DNA of 64,000 nucleotides, taken from the NCBI GenBank assembly GCA_964016885.1, contig OZ024740.1, positions 372,000,001-372,064,000 on the forward strand, in the 5' to 3' direction. Source of the DNA: Eledone cirrhosa. Its lineage: Eukaryota. The notes below the pieces were generated by a model, which did not search any database, had not been told where the DNA came from, and was given only the letters and a program-made list of their open reading frames with translations. The position numbers were made by a program, and so were the translations under genes. Below, in pieces: positions 38,801 to 51,718 of this stretch (position 1 is its first letter; every line of letters starts with the position of its first letter).

Positions 38801-39099
38801 TCTTTCCATCTCTCTATTTTGTTCCATGCATTTCTTCTTTTTTTTCTTCTTTTTCTTCGTTTTCTGTCTTTCTTTCCTTTTCTCTCTTTCTTTCTCTCTG
38901 TGTACAATCTTTTCACTGCCAATTCAACTTTTCAAATACAAGTCGATGTTGTTACGGTATGTCAAATCTATTTATCTATAAAACTGTTTATATTGTATTT
39001 TGTCTGAGGAAGGCATAGCATATTGTTAATATGATATCCCTGAAATATATATAATGAAATAAATATGGTTTTATAAATATAGTTTCCATTTATTTAATA
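35821..39099 (+). mobile_element. 5'-truncated PLE (family C) with ~770-bp inverted arms
   Basis: 35915-36681 is inverted at 38327-39099. Central ORF remnant. Confidence 0.9.
36671..37634 (+). pseudogene. PLE thumb + GIY-YIG remnant, frameshift at poly-C (~36973-36988)
   Basis: VHGNSNHP..YYNEALARAGY..; CNCRDRSKCPLNNNCL, IVYNC..YVGST..FKLRYNNH, CDLCAEE. Confidence 0.9.
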
Positions 39100-39145
<46 letters not shown>

Positions 39146-39177
39146 ATTATTATGTAATAAACAACATAAGGCAATTA

Positions 39178-39237
39178 TTTCATTTACCAGTGGTTTCTTA
39201 AAAGCAAAAGGTTTTGCTTTCAATCCTCAGAATGAAA
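39178..39237 (-). ncRNA. Type I hammerhead, canonical CUGAGGA (family D outer, left arm)
   Basis: Reverse complement of 43812-43871. Confidence 0.85.
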
Positions 39238-39519
39238 AATCCTGGTTTGTTTATTGAATATGGATTCTAAAAACAAAAATGCAATCTATATGAAAGTGAG
39301 GCTGGAAAAGGGAGAAGGAAAGGAAAAATAAAATAAAACTACACATGCAAACACACACACAAAAAAACACAAAAGCATACTTACACACACATACATATAT
39401 ACATATATATAAATGTACGCATACATATATACATATACACATATATATATATATAAAACGTATACCTACACACACATACACATATATACACACATATAGA
39501 CATACATACATTCATACAT

Positions 39520-39552
<33 letters not shown>

Positions 39553-39574
39553 TACACACACACATATATATACA

Positions 39575-39640
<66 letters not shown>

Positions 39641-40022
39641 TGTGTGTGTACAAGCATACACATACACACACACATATATATACATATACATACATTCACA
39701 CAAACATACAACGTACATACATACACATACATGAATGCACTCCACTACATATTCACACACGCAGATAAATATAAGAAAAAAATATATAAATATATATTAA
39801 CAAATTTTTGACAGCGACACATGCCCCAGCTAACAGGACAGACACGCGTGGTAAGTAATACACACAAAAGCACATATACATACGTACGAAATAGTAAACA
39901 CATACACACACTCTCACACATAAATATACATATACAAATACATAAACACGTACATACACATACATACACAAACACGTACACGTATATAACATAAACACAC
40001 ACATGTATATGTAATTATATAG

Positions 40023-40055
<33 letters not shown>

Positions 40056-40181
40056 CATACAAAAAATATAAAAATATAAACGCACACACACATATAAATA
40101 CGTAAACACACATATACATACATAGCAAAACAATTATACACATGCAAATACGTATATATCAAAAGCACGCACAACCAAATA

Positions 40182-40218
<37 letters not shown>

Positions 40219-40309
40219 ACACACACACTCACACATACATAAAAATAAATAAATACACACGCACACATATACATACATACACATACACACATATATACAT
40301 ATATATACG

Positions 40310-40486
40310 ATATTAAATAAATGGAAACTATATTTATAAAACCATATTTATTTCATTATATATATTTCAGGGATATCATATTAAAAATATGTCATGCCTT
40401 CTTCAGACAAAATACAATATAAACAGTCTTATAAATAGATAGATTCGACATACCTTTCAACTTCGACTTCTATTTGAAAAGTTGAT

Positions 40487-40487
<1 letters not shown>
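40310..40487. mobile_element. Fragment of family C pLTR nested in the left arm of family D
   Basis: Matches 35915-36090. Absent from the mirror position (~42720) in the right arm. Confidence 0.85.
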
Positions 40488-40570
<83 letters not shown>

Positions 40571-40717
40571 CATACACGTACACATACACACATGCATACA
40601 CATACACACACACATATACATGTGTGTATGTGTAAAGCTCAGTATTAGATAAGACAAATGAACCTTACATAAACGTATATATAGTAGTAAAGTAATAAAG
40701 CCATACAAGGCAATTAA

Positions 40718-40776
40718 TCCATTCACCAGAGGTTTCTTAAAAGCAAAAAAAGTTTCCTTCAATCTTCAGAATGAAA
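40718..40776 (-). ncRNA. Degenerate hammerhead (family D inner, left arm)
   Basis: Reverse complement of 42505-42562. Confidence 0.65.
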
Positions 40777-40853
40777 AAAAGCCTGGTTTATCCACATATA
40801 CATACATATACATACACAAATATACAATTATATACACACATACACACACGCAG

Positions 40854-40914
<61 letters not shown>

Positions 40915-41153
40915 AATATATACATACAAATATATATATATACACATATATATATACACACAAAAATACATACACATACACATAGGTATGTGAAGGGCAA
41001 AACAAAAAGAATATATGGGGGGGGGGGGGGCATAAGAGAAGGTAAAATATAAGGGGAAGTAAGGGAGAAAAACATTTTTTAAATATACAAGAGTACAGAA
41101 GGTAGAGTCAGCAAAATAAAAACCGTAGCAAAAGTAAAGAGCAGAGAAGGAGT

Positions 41154-41800
41154 TCAAGGCGGTTGATTTCTCATAGGAGTGTCAATCCAGTTACAGATCA
41201 GATGCGATTTCAGATGAGGACAGCATCTGAAGATCTCAGTCTTTGAGTTAAGGCAAGCGGAAATGGCTCTCAAGTTTGGCAAAATCCTATACTTTTCTGT
41301 GGTGCACAAAGAACAATTCTTTGTGCCCCTTTGGTACTCCCTCGAATGGTCTAATATAGACCAATCAATAGAGTACGGGATATTACTATCCTTGAGATCC
41401 CATACCTTACTTGCGAGGGCCGTTGATGTTCGTTTATCAGAGTGCTTAAAAGAAGCGACATGTGAGTAAAATCTGGTTTTAAACCTGTCCTGGGTCATAC
41501 CGACATATCGCTCACTCCTGGCTGGCTGGTTGTTGATAACTGGCGTTATCTTAGCCTCATAAACGACAGATTTTGTGTTACATTTACCCTGCAATGGGCA
41601 TTCATCCGGCTTCCTGCAACTGCATCCTGGATTTATCCTCGTACGGTTTGAACTGGTGATTTTGGACTTCATGGATGGGCAACAAGAGTAGCTGATCTTA
41701 ACTACATTCCTATTAAAAATCTTATAATATCTATGAATAGGAGGAAAATGTTTGTCTAATAGTTCAAGGAATTTCCTACCTACATTAGTTTTGACAGTTA
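41154..41800 (-). pseudogene. PLE linker + GIY-YIG remnant
   Basis: KTNVGRKFLELLDKHFP..KISYSCCPSMK..CSCRKPDECPLQGKC..VVYEA..YVGMTQDRFKTRFYSH..CSLCTTE..LNSKTE..CPH. Confidence 0.92.
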
Positions 41801-42335
41801 GACAATTTGATATTGTCGAAATTTACCCTTCTATTACTGTTTCCTTATTAACCAATGCCTTGGATAGTAATATCCCGTACTCTATTGATTGGTCTATATT
41901 AGACCATTCGAGGGAGTACCAAAGGGGCACAAAGAATTGTTCTTTGTGCACCACAGAAAAGTATAGGATTTTGCTAAACTTGAGAGCCACTTCCGCTTGC
42001 CTTAACTCAAAGACTGAGATCTTCAGATGCTGTCCTCATCTGAAATCGCATCTGATCTGTAACTGGATTGACACTCCTATGAGAAATCAATCGCCTTGAA
42101 CTCATTCTCTGCTCTTTACTTTTGCTACGGTTTTTATTTTGCTGACTCTACCTTCTGTACTCTTGTATATTTAAAAAATGTTTTTCTCCCTTACCTCCCC
42201 TTATATTTTACCTTCTCTTATGCCCCCCCCCCCGTATATTCTTTTTGTTTTGCCCTTCACATACCTATGTGTATGTGTATGTATTTTTGTGTGTATATAT
42301 ATGTGTGTATATATATATATTTGTATGTATATATT

Positions 42336-42426
<91 letters not shown>

Positions 42427-42504
42427 CTGCGTGTGTGTATGTGTGTATATAATTGTATATTTGTGTATGTATATGTATGTATATGTGGATAAACCAGGCT
42501 TTTT

Positions 42505-42562
42505 TTCATTCTGAAGATTGAAGGAAACTTTTTTTGCTTTTAAGAAACCTCTGGTGAATGGA
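42505..42562 (+). ncRNA. Degenerate hammerhead (family D inner, right arm), GUG at the cleavage site
   Basis: ttcatt-CTGAAGA-ttgaagg..gcttttaa-GAAA-cctctgg-TG-aatgga. Confidence 0.65.
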
Positions 42563-42789
42563 TTAATTGCCTTGTATGGCTTTATTACTTTACTACTATA
42601 TATACGTTTATGTAAGGTTCATTTGTCTTATCTAATACTGAGCTTTACACATACACACATGTATATGTGTGTGTGTATGTGTATGCATGTGTGTATGTGT
42701 ACATGTATGTGTGTATATATATATATATATGTATATATGTGTGTATGTGTATGTATGTATATGTGTGCGTGTGTATTTATTTATTTTTA

Positions 42790-42820
<31 letters not shown>

Positions 42821-42946
42821 TTGTATTTGGTTGTGCGTGCTTTTGATATATACGTATTTGCATGTGTATAATTGTTTAGCTATGTATGTATATGTGTGTT
42901 TACGTATTTATATGTGTGTGTGCTTTTATATTTTTATATTTTTTTG

Positions 42947-43007
<61 letters not shown>

Positions 43008-43387
43008 ATATAATTACATATACATGTGTGTGTTTATATTATATACGTGTACGTGTTTGTATATGTATGTGTATGTACGTGTTTATGTATTTGTATATGT
43101 ATATTTATGTGTGAGAGTGTGTGTATGTGTTTACTATTTCGTACGTATGTATATGTGCTTTTGTGTGTATTACTTACCACGCGTGTCTGTCCTGTTAGCT
43201 GGGGCATGTATCGCTGTCAAAAATTTGTTAATATATATTTATATATTTTTTTCTTATATTTATTTGCGTGTGTGAATATGTAGTGGAGTGCATTCATGTA
43301 TGTGTATATATGTACGTTGTATGTTTGTGTGAATGTATGTATGTGTATATATATGTGTGTGTGTATGTGTATGCTTGTACACACACA

Positions 43388-43469
<82 letters not shown>

Positions 43470-43493
43470 TGTATATATATGTGTGTGTATGTG

Positions 43494-43532
<39 letters not shown>

Positions 43533-43811
43533 ATGTATGAATGTATGTATGTGTATATGTGTGTATATATGTGTATGTGTGTGTAGGTGTACGTTTTATA
43601 TATATATATATGTGTATATGTATATATATATGCGTACATTTATATATATGTATATATGTATGTGTGTGTAAGTATGCTTTTGTGTTTTTTTGTGTGTGTT
43701 TGCATGTGTAGTTTTATTTTATTTTTCCTTTCCTTCTCCCTTTTCCAGCCTCACTTTCATATAGATTGCATTTTGTTTTTTGAATCCATATTCAATAAAC
43801 AAACCAGGATT

Positions 43812-43871
43812 TTTCATTCTGAGGATTGAAAGCAAAACCTTTTGCTTTTAAGAAACCACTGGTAAATGAAA
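43812..43871 (+). ncRNA. Type I hammerhead, canonical CUGAGGA (family D outer, right arm)
   Basis: tttcatt-CTGAGGA-ttgaaagcaaaa(cc)ttttgcttttaa-GAAA-cca(c)tgg-TA-aatgaaa. Confidence 0.88.
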
Positions 43872-43973
43872 TAATTGCCTTATGTTGTTTATTACATAAT
43901 AATAATAATTAAGCTCTGTTGCCTACATAGAGCACTCTTTTTTCCTGGACTTTTCCGATGGAATTACTTCATT

Positions 43974-44018
<45 letters not shown>

Positions 44019-45478
44019 CCATACGTAACTTACAAAGTATGTAGGCCTAGTAAAAAAGATATTTTGAGATAAATGTCTGCATACCTATTTTTTTTATTTA
44101 CTACCTTTTAGCGTGTTACTATTAAATGTACTCTGTACTATATAACACACATCCCATGACCCTTGCATCAAGTGTACGTGTGATGCTTAAAACAAATGTT
44201 CTTACGCACATATTTTTTTCTTAGACGTACAAATTAAAAGCGAATCTGTTGTACATCAATTCCCATTACCTTTAAGTGATCTAGATAATTTGATTAGCAC
44301 TTCTCATTAATGTATATATGTGCCATCAGCACGAGTGAACAAATAAAACCACTCCAAAACAATGAAGCCTTTCCTGACAAAGGGAATTGATTTATCAGTT
44401 CAGATTGGAGCTGAATGAATGCATGTATCGTTGAATTAACACATTAACACAGCAACTTGGATTGAATTCATGTTTGTATTTACTTCTCATCTTTTACGCT
44501 GACGATGTCCTCGGGAAAGGTATCAATGCCAAAACGTTAAATCCGCAGCTGCACAAAAAATATAAATAACAAATACTTTTCCAACGTGACAATTATTGAA
44601 CAACTAGCTGAAGTCTAGGAGGTTTGCATTGTTCTCGTTGCAAAGATCAGTTAAAATGTTCATAGCTGAGCCTAATTACTATTACATGCAATCTAATGTT
44701 GGAAGAATAATTGTTATAAGTTGTAGAAGCAACAGCAAAGTAGAAATGAAGAATATTTCGCCCAGCATGGGAAATACACGAAATTCATATTTAGAAGTAG
44801 GTATTCTGTCTATACGATTAAGCACGAAGAAATTGGTCATAAGTGCTACCTGTTTGTATTCTTGTAAATATTAGTTTATTTCAGTCGATTTCTTGTCATT
44901 GAAGAAACAAACAAACTAGATCCTGGTGGATAAATAAATAAACTATATTTCTCTGATTATGTTGACTGTTGGATATATCTAATGAGAGGTGGATTTTTCT
45001 TTAGTGATTCAGGTGTATCTCACCGATCGATTAGATCCGCCGTGCAATACGGAAACCTGTGCTCGAGTTAAAATTCACTTACAAAAAGTTAAGTAATACG
45101 GACCTACATATTAGATATATATTAGGGATAATTTTTTTCGTTATTTGACTACTTCACAACTTAGAGCTAGCAACAGTATGGAACTTCAGCATGATCTCAA
45201 GAGGATTGATCCAAACCGGTATACGTTATATTATTCTAGAATTTGAAATGAATAATATATAGAAAAATAAATATTTAATATATCCAGACGGTTTCTCAAT
45301 ATCTGTGAATATTAAATTCCCCGGTTTCATTTCTTTTGTAAAAACGACTCTATATCATTATCTATCACATTTATCTATAATTGTTAAGCTAAAATACAGC
45401 TCATTATTTTTATCATTTAAACATTGTGTATAATTATTTCTTTACACACATGCGTATTCACACATATTTACACATATT

Positions 45479-46160
45479 TAATAATAATAATGATAATTAT
45501 AATGAAATATTGTGTACAGTACTCAGGTGCACTACAACTCATCTAAAAGTGTATGTATAGTACATAGGATAATGTACAAACGTCAGGAAAATGAACAGTG
45601 CATGAGTCATGATATACACATGTGTGCATGTGTATGGAACGGGTACATCAGGTGTAGTTTTGGCGAATTTAGGGAAGCATGAGGGTTTTAAAGGATGCAG
45701 TGTCTCGGCAGCTAACAACTGACGCAGGCAGTTTGTGCCATGCTTCAGCACCTCTGAGCGTGAAAAAATGTTTCCGAAAGTCATGGGAGCTGTGCTGTTT
45801 TCTGATTTTGTAGGCATGTCCACGTGTGTTAGAACCATGGAGATCAAAAATGTGCTCAGGGTTGTTGTTGGTGAGATGGTTAATAACTTTGTGGGTGTTT
45901 ACCAAGTCCATTGCCAGATGTCGGAGCTTCAATGAATCCATGCCCAGGGAAGCAAGGCGTTCAGAGTATGGTAGGTGTCTGATGGAGAGTATGCGCTTGG
46001 TTGCACGTCTCTGAACAGTTTCCAGGAGGTCAATGTTCTGAGCAAGATAGGGGTTCCAGACTGATGATGCGAATTCCAAGTGTGGTCGTACCATAGCTGT
46101 ATACAGCTTTAAATAGATGGCTGGAGAGCGGCTAACAAAGGTCTTGCTGAGTGATTCCAA
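45479..46160 (-). mobile_element. CR1-type LINE 3' fragment
   Basis: LYTAMVRPHLEFASSVWNPY..LETVQRRATK..YSERLASLG..TRGHAYK..FFTLR..W.KLP, followed by a (TTA)n-like tail. Confidence 0.88.
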
Positions 46161-46639
46161 GATTTACAATATATGATAGCGATTTTCATTATTTATATTT
46201 TATTGCGTGAAATTAATTATCCCCGATGCATCTGATGCCAATATATGTTTCTAAAATAAATGTCACTTAATGAGAAATTCGGAGGACATCGGGGGAAATG
46301 CTTTGTGGCATTTCCTTGCATCTCTTTGTGATTCGACTTCGAATCTCGTCAAGATCGACTTTGCTTTTAATAATTTGAGGATCTGTACTATAATTACAGA
46401 TAACTCTCGTTAAACCTGACCCTGCTAAGACGGTTATCAGATAAATACGTTCGAAATAACTGTGAATACTGACATCCGACGCCGTCTTTGACAATCAGTG
46501 TTGTAGGGGCATATATTGTGACTGAAAGGTTACTGCATCGTATCCACAAACGCTGCTAATTTTATCATAAATATATAGCTCACTTAATGATATAAACATG
46601 AATCACAATTGGAAAGGAATCATTTTGTTCCTTTTTCTC

Positions 46640-47150
46640 CAACTTATTCCCGAGAAGGTCAAAGGGGAAGGGTCCTCAAACACTCCTTCCAGCGGGTCCT
46701 GTAAGAAGCAAACGTCTCCAACTCATCTGGATGAATCCCCAAGTGAGACCAGCCAAGCTCATGCATGTTATCCAACCATCTTGCTCTGGGTCTACCCCTG
46801 GGTATCATGGGTCCTGGTTTTGCCCGTAAAATATGTCCAGTGATTCTTTCTTGTGACATTCTAACCACATACCCATAGTATCGGAGCTGTGATCTCTCAA
46901 TTCGGTGAAGATACGCACTCTGATCTCCGAGATACGCACTCTATCGTGTAACGTTACTCCGAAGGCTCTTCGGAATAACCTCATTTTGGCCGCTTGTATC
47001 CGTGATCGTATTCTTTCGGTCATTACCCAAGATTCATGAATATAGGTAAGGATTGGCATGAATACCGAATTGAAGATAGCGAGTTTGGCTTTTACACCTA
47101 CCTCCCTTCTGATTACTGAATGCTGAAGCTGGCGCATTACTGCATAATTC
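46640..47150 (-). mobile_element. RTE-type LINE 3' fragment (different family from 30741)
   Basis: KAKLAIFNSVFMPILTY.HESW..RIQAAKMR..GVTLHDRVR; MVRMSQER..RGRPRARWLD. Confidence 0.8.
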
Positions 47151-47795
47151 TGATGCCTGTTATGAAATATATTTTCTGAGATGGCACTATGCACAACACA
47201 GCTAGTTGTATCATATGTGCAAGGTGGATCCAAGAAATAGAAGAATGACAGCAATAAGACCAGAAGACAAATGATATATCATCAGTATGTATCTTGTTTA
47301 TTATTCGCTTTTAAATCGCTCTCTAAGAAATAAAAACACTCCCAGTTAACTAACTACCTTCTCAACCCCGCTACTATTCTAAGCAATTTACCACTACCAT
47401 ATTTACTTCTTTCTATCTACATTTGATTTGTTACGCATATATAGATTACTCTTTCGTATTTGCTTGGATACTGCATTTAGAGGACACTAGGTCTCAGTGG
47501 TGAGAATTTGTATCAATAAATTCGTCGACAATGTATCAAATTCTATTCTTGCTGTACCGTGATATGATCTCGCCGTAATATCCTTTTCAAAGCAATAACA
47601 TTCACTCAAAAATAAAGTCAAATTAGCAAAACGTTTCACTTTATTTATAATACCTATTAGTACGTACTACTCATAAAGTAGTAGGCTCAGCACGGTCGAA
47701 ACACCATTTACAACACGTGTTTTATATCACATTTGTTTACAGCATACATATTTTATATCACAACTTTAAGGGAGAATAATACTACACCAGTTACG

Positions 47796-48172
47796 GTTCG
47801 GTGGATTGGCTGTAAAAGGTCGGACGCTATCCTTTCTAGCATATAGTTACGGCCCTTTTCGGTCTCAGTTCAAATCCCGCCGAGGTTAACTTTGCCTGGT
47901 CGATAAAATAAAGTACCAGTAATGGACTGGGATAATTGCCTCGTGCCAAAAACAGAAACAATTATTAATATTACCACGGTGGATTGGCAGTATCAGTAGA
48001 GTGTCGGACGCCATGCTTTGCAGCATGGAATTACGGCCCTTTAAGTTATGAGTTCCAATCCCGCTGTGGTTAACTTTGCCTTTCATCCTTACGGGGTCGA
48101 TAAAATAAAGTACCAGTAATGCTCTGGAATAATTGCTGGCCTTGTGCCAAAAGAAGAAACAATTATTAATAT
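47796..48172 (+). mobile_element. Two tandem tRNA-derived SINE copies (~47796-47970 and ~47975-48172)
   Basis: Each has cggtggattggc (A-box-like), gttc(a/c)aatcccgc (B-box), then ttaactttgcc..ggtcgataaaataaagtaccagt..gtgccaaaa..gaaacaattattaat. Confidence 0.82.
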
Positions 48173-49461
48173 TACCCCAAATCCTATTTCATTTATGTAT
48201 ATATTTAAAAAGTATATATCCTATTTGTGAATACAAAACTGGAACTTAAAATGAAGTCTGACACAGGTGTTGTTTTAGTGGCAAGCGTTTGTGAAGACTA
48301 TGATGTTCGAAAGTAGCTTCAGAAATACGCAAAGCTACGGATAACCTCACTGCATTAACTTTGAAATATTATACTGATAATAATTCTACATCAACATCTG
48401 CTAGTGGAAGGAATTATACGAGAGTTGGAAAAAGTATAAAACTTGAGGAGTTAGTGGTAACAACGTCGGAGGTGTAGACATCGAAAGCAATAATAATCAA
48501 TTAACAAATATTATTAATATTTCTCTAAATCGTGGTTCACCATATAATTAATGATAGGTTTTTCCCGAATTTGATTCCTGCAATGCGTAAATAGAGGAAA
48601 TATTTAAACATTCTGCTAATGAGGTAAAAACGCAAATACCTTCGGAATACAATATAACGGGTAATTAAATCTAGTAATCGGAAGTAAATAAGAGAACATC
48701 TTGTTATACAATGAAATGAACGTTTTAGAGAAGCGTCATGAGTAGAATATAATATATTTACTAGAGACGCATGCAACGCCTATAGTACATTTGAACCTAA
48801 AGTCCTCATGTACCTATTTGTGTTAAGCATTTCGACATTGAATATAAAGAGCCACGAATTCATCATAAATATTCTTTTTCAGGTGATGTAGGAAGATTAG
48901 ATGAAGCAGAATAGAAAAGAGAACAATAGACAGGAAGGAAGGAAAGAAGAAAATTCTACAATGCATATTTACAGAAACTTCCGTTTCATACTTTTTCGCT
49001 ATTGTGTAAAATAAAGATAAACTAATGCGCCCCATCATACACAATCACACACAAATACTCAAACCACCACCACAACAACAATTATAACAACAAAATATAC
49101 CCACATGATATACGATAATAAGTATAAATACTGAGTGGAAAAAAAAGTAAAAAAAAAAAAAAAGAAACCATACTGCAAAACAGGAAAATAATTGAGAATT
49201 TAAAAAAATACACATCAAATGTAGAAAGGCGGATAGAAATAAACAAACCAAAAGCTGAAAAAACAAATATTTCACTTATCGTTAAAATATATAACTCTTC
49301 CAAGCACTTAGAAAATAAGAACAAAAAACAAAAAAAAAAAAAAACAACAACAAAAAATTAAAAACCAAAAAACAAAACAAAAACCACCCACCCACCCAAC
49401 TCAATCAGGCAGTTAGCAGCGAGGAGTAAGATCTAATCTAATGATTTTGAAACATATATAT

Positions 49462-49548
<87 letters not shown>

Positions 49549-49682
49549 TATATACATACACACATATATATGTTATACATACATACATACTTATATATAT
49601 ATATATATACATGCATGCATACATATATATATATAGTTGAAATTGAACGAACAAAACACAGGAGGCAGTATATATATCTATA

Positions 49683-49714
<32 letters not shown>

Positions 49715-49943
49715 ATATATATATATACAGACATACAGGCACATTTTTATATTTCAATATGAAAATAATACATCATCCTCATGACCACTTTTGCCATTAT
49801 AGTTTTGAATACCATCATCATCATCACACTTATCGTTGTGAATATCATCATCATCATCATACTAGTAATTCTGTTCAGCAATAACAGTAACCGAAAATTA
49901 ACTATCTTTTATAAGAACCACACTGCTGTTGCTGCTGTTGCCG

Positions 49944-49999
<56 letters not shown>

Positions 50000-51718
50000 G
50001 GCTTTGCAGCACAAACAGAAACAAAGGCTACAATAGTAGCCGTGATAAGAAAACTATTGAAAGAAAGAAGAAGGAATATGTAGAATGAAAATTTAGAAAA
50101 CCAAATAAAAAAAAATAAAAAAAAATAAAAAAAAATAAAACAAAATATAACAACAGGCAGTTTGGCAGTAAAAGAATAAGGAAATAAGTTACAATAAAAC
50201 AGACTCTGCTATAAACGTCTCGAACGGAAGTAAGAGGCAATATTGATATTAGCTGAGCGCAAAGGGAGATCAATACGATGTGTATTGGACGAATGCCAGT
50301 TGTTGTTTTCAGCATGCAAGCTTGTAATGGAATGTGAATAAATTAATCTTCAACCAGACACAGCACCTTAGCTCTCTTAAATTCAAACCACATGCAAATG
50401 AACGTGCAAGCACGCTTATACACGAAGCTTCGTCAACACATACACTTACACAAATATACAGACATAACGGAGAAACACCCAGATATACTCAAACAGATAT
50501 GCATAATATTGATATACGTGAATCTCAAACACGCACATCATTCACCCACGTACAAAGGTTGAATGATATATAATGTGATAAATCACGCCAAGCATCTATA
50601 CACCTATACGTTCGGCTTCTATCTATTCCTACAAGATAAACAAATACACATACATACGTAGAACACATACATACGTAGACACACATAAATACACACATAA
50701 ACTAACACACAAATTCACACACGTATCTATATGTGTGTATGTATGTATGTATGTATGTATGTATGTATGTATGTATGTATGTATGTATGTATGTATGTAT
50801 GTATGTATGTATGTATGTATGTATGCATGTATGTATGTATGTTACTATGTATGCATGTGTTTGTGTATATATGTAGGTGTGGAAAGTTAAAGAGACTGAG
50901 TTCCAAACGGTGTTTAATATACGCAATGTATATTTTCAGCCTTCAAATTGCTTTGCAAATGTACTAATCCTGGGATTACAGCCTTTCAGAAGTATGCTTG
51001 AAAACCCGTGGGATGTTAACTCTACAACCGGACCCCTCGCGATGTAGACCTGTAAAAATTAATACTTACTGAACTGTATAAAGAAACTGTATTAAACTGT
51101 CGCAACGCCGAATAGATGAAGCGAAATTTGTGATATATATGAGACGAATTATCAATTCATATATATGTTTTCTTTTGTATGTGGGTGAAATGTGGTGTGA
51201 TTTTCGTATGTATTATCTTGAGGGTGCGTACATGTGCTTTTGTATGCATCATATATGTATGTATGGCGCGCATGCGCATTTCGTTTGCTTCGCTTTTAAT
51301 AATCATTAGCATAACTGCTCTATTTTCTTTTGAAAGAGCTGACTCAGGAAGTTAATATGATTACCGATTTCTGACTTAAGCACAAGGCCATACGATTAAC
51401 TGGTACTTTATTCTATCAAAGTTGTAATATAATTATTGAAACTTAATAACCTTATTTGGCTGCAAACTCGCTTTGTTTACGATTAAATTGATTGTTTCGT
51501 ACTTATATGAAATAAAGCTATAACAAAATTATTAGAATTCATTTAATGTTTTCAGTGTCGGAGGGTAGGTCTAGTGTATGATTTTGTAGCAGCTATAACA
51601 CTATTTAAACTGTTTTTCAAAGACTAGGTTTTCTGCATAGGACCAGAAACTATTTCAGTTCTGGCCCTTTGCAGTTCATCAATTCATGAGCGTAGAGTAT
51701 TACTTGCATATACGGGAA

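Larger units (their letters stand above)
39141..43908. mobile_element. PLE (family D) forming a giant palindrome with ~2.0-2.25-kb arms
   Basis: 39141-41391 (-) vs 41862-43908 (+). GIY-YIG remnants on both strands. Two HHRs per arm. Confidence 0.92.

Noticed and set aside
47796-48172. tRNA genes
   Set aside because: A/B-box-like heads continue into a shared repeat body with no cloverleaf; these are SINEs.
43920-51700. Host exons in the more unique-looking DNA
   Set aside because: No ORF with recognisable protein features or convincing splice pattern. Small exons cannot be excluded without RNA-seq.
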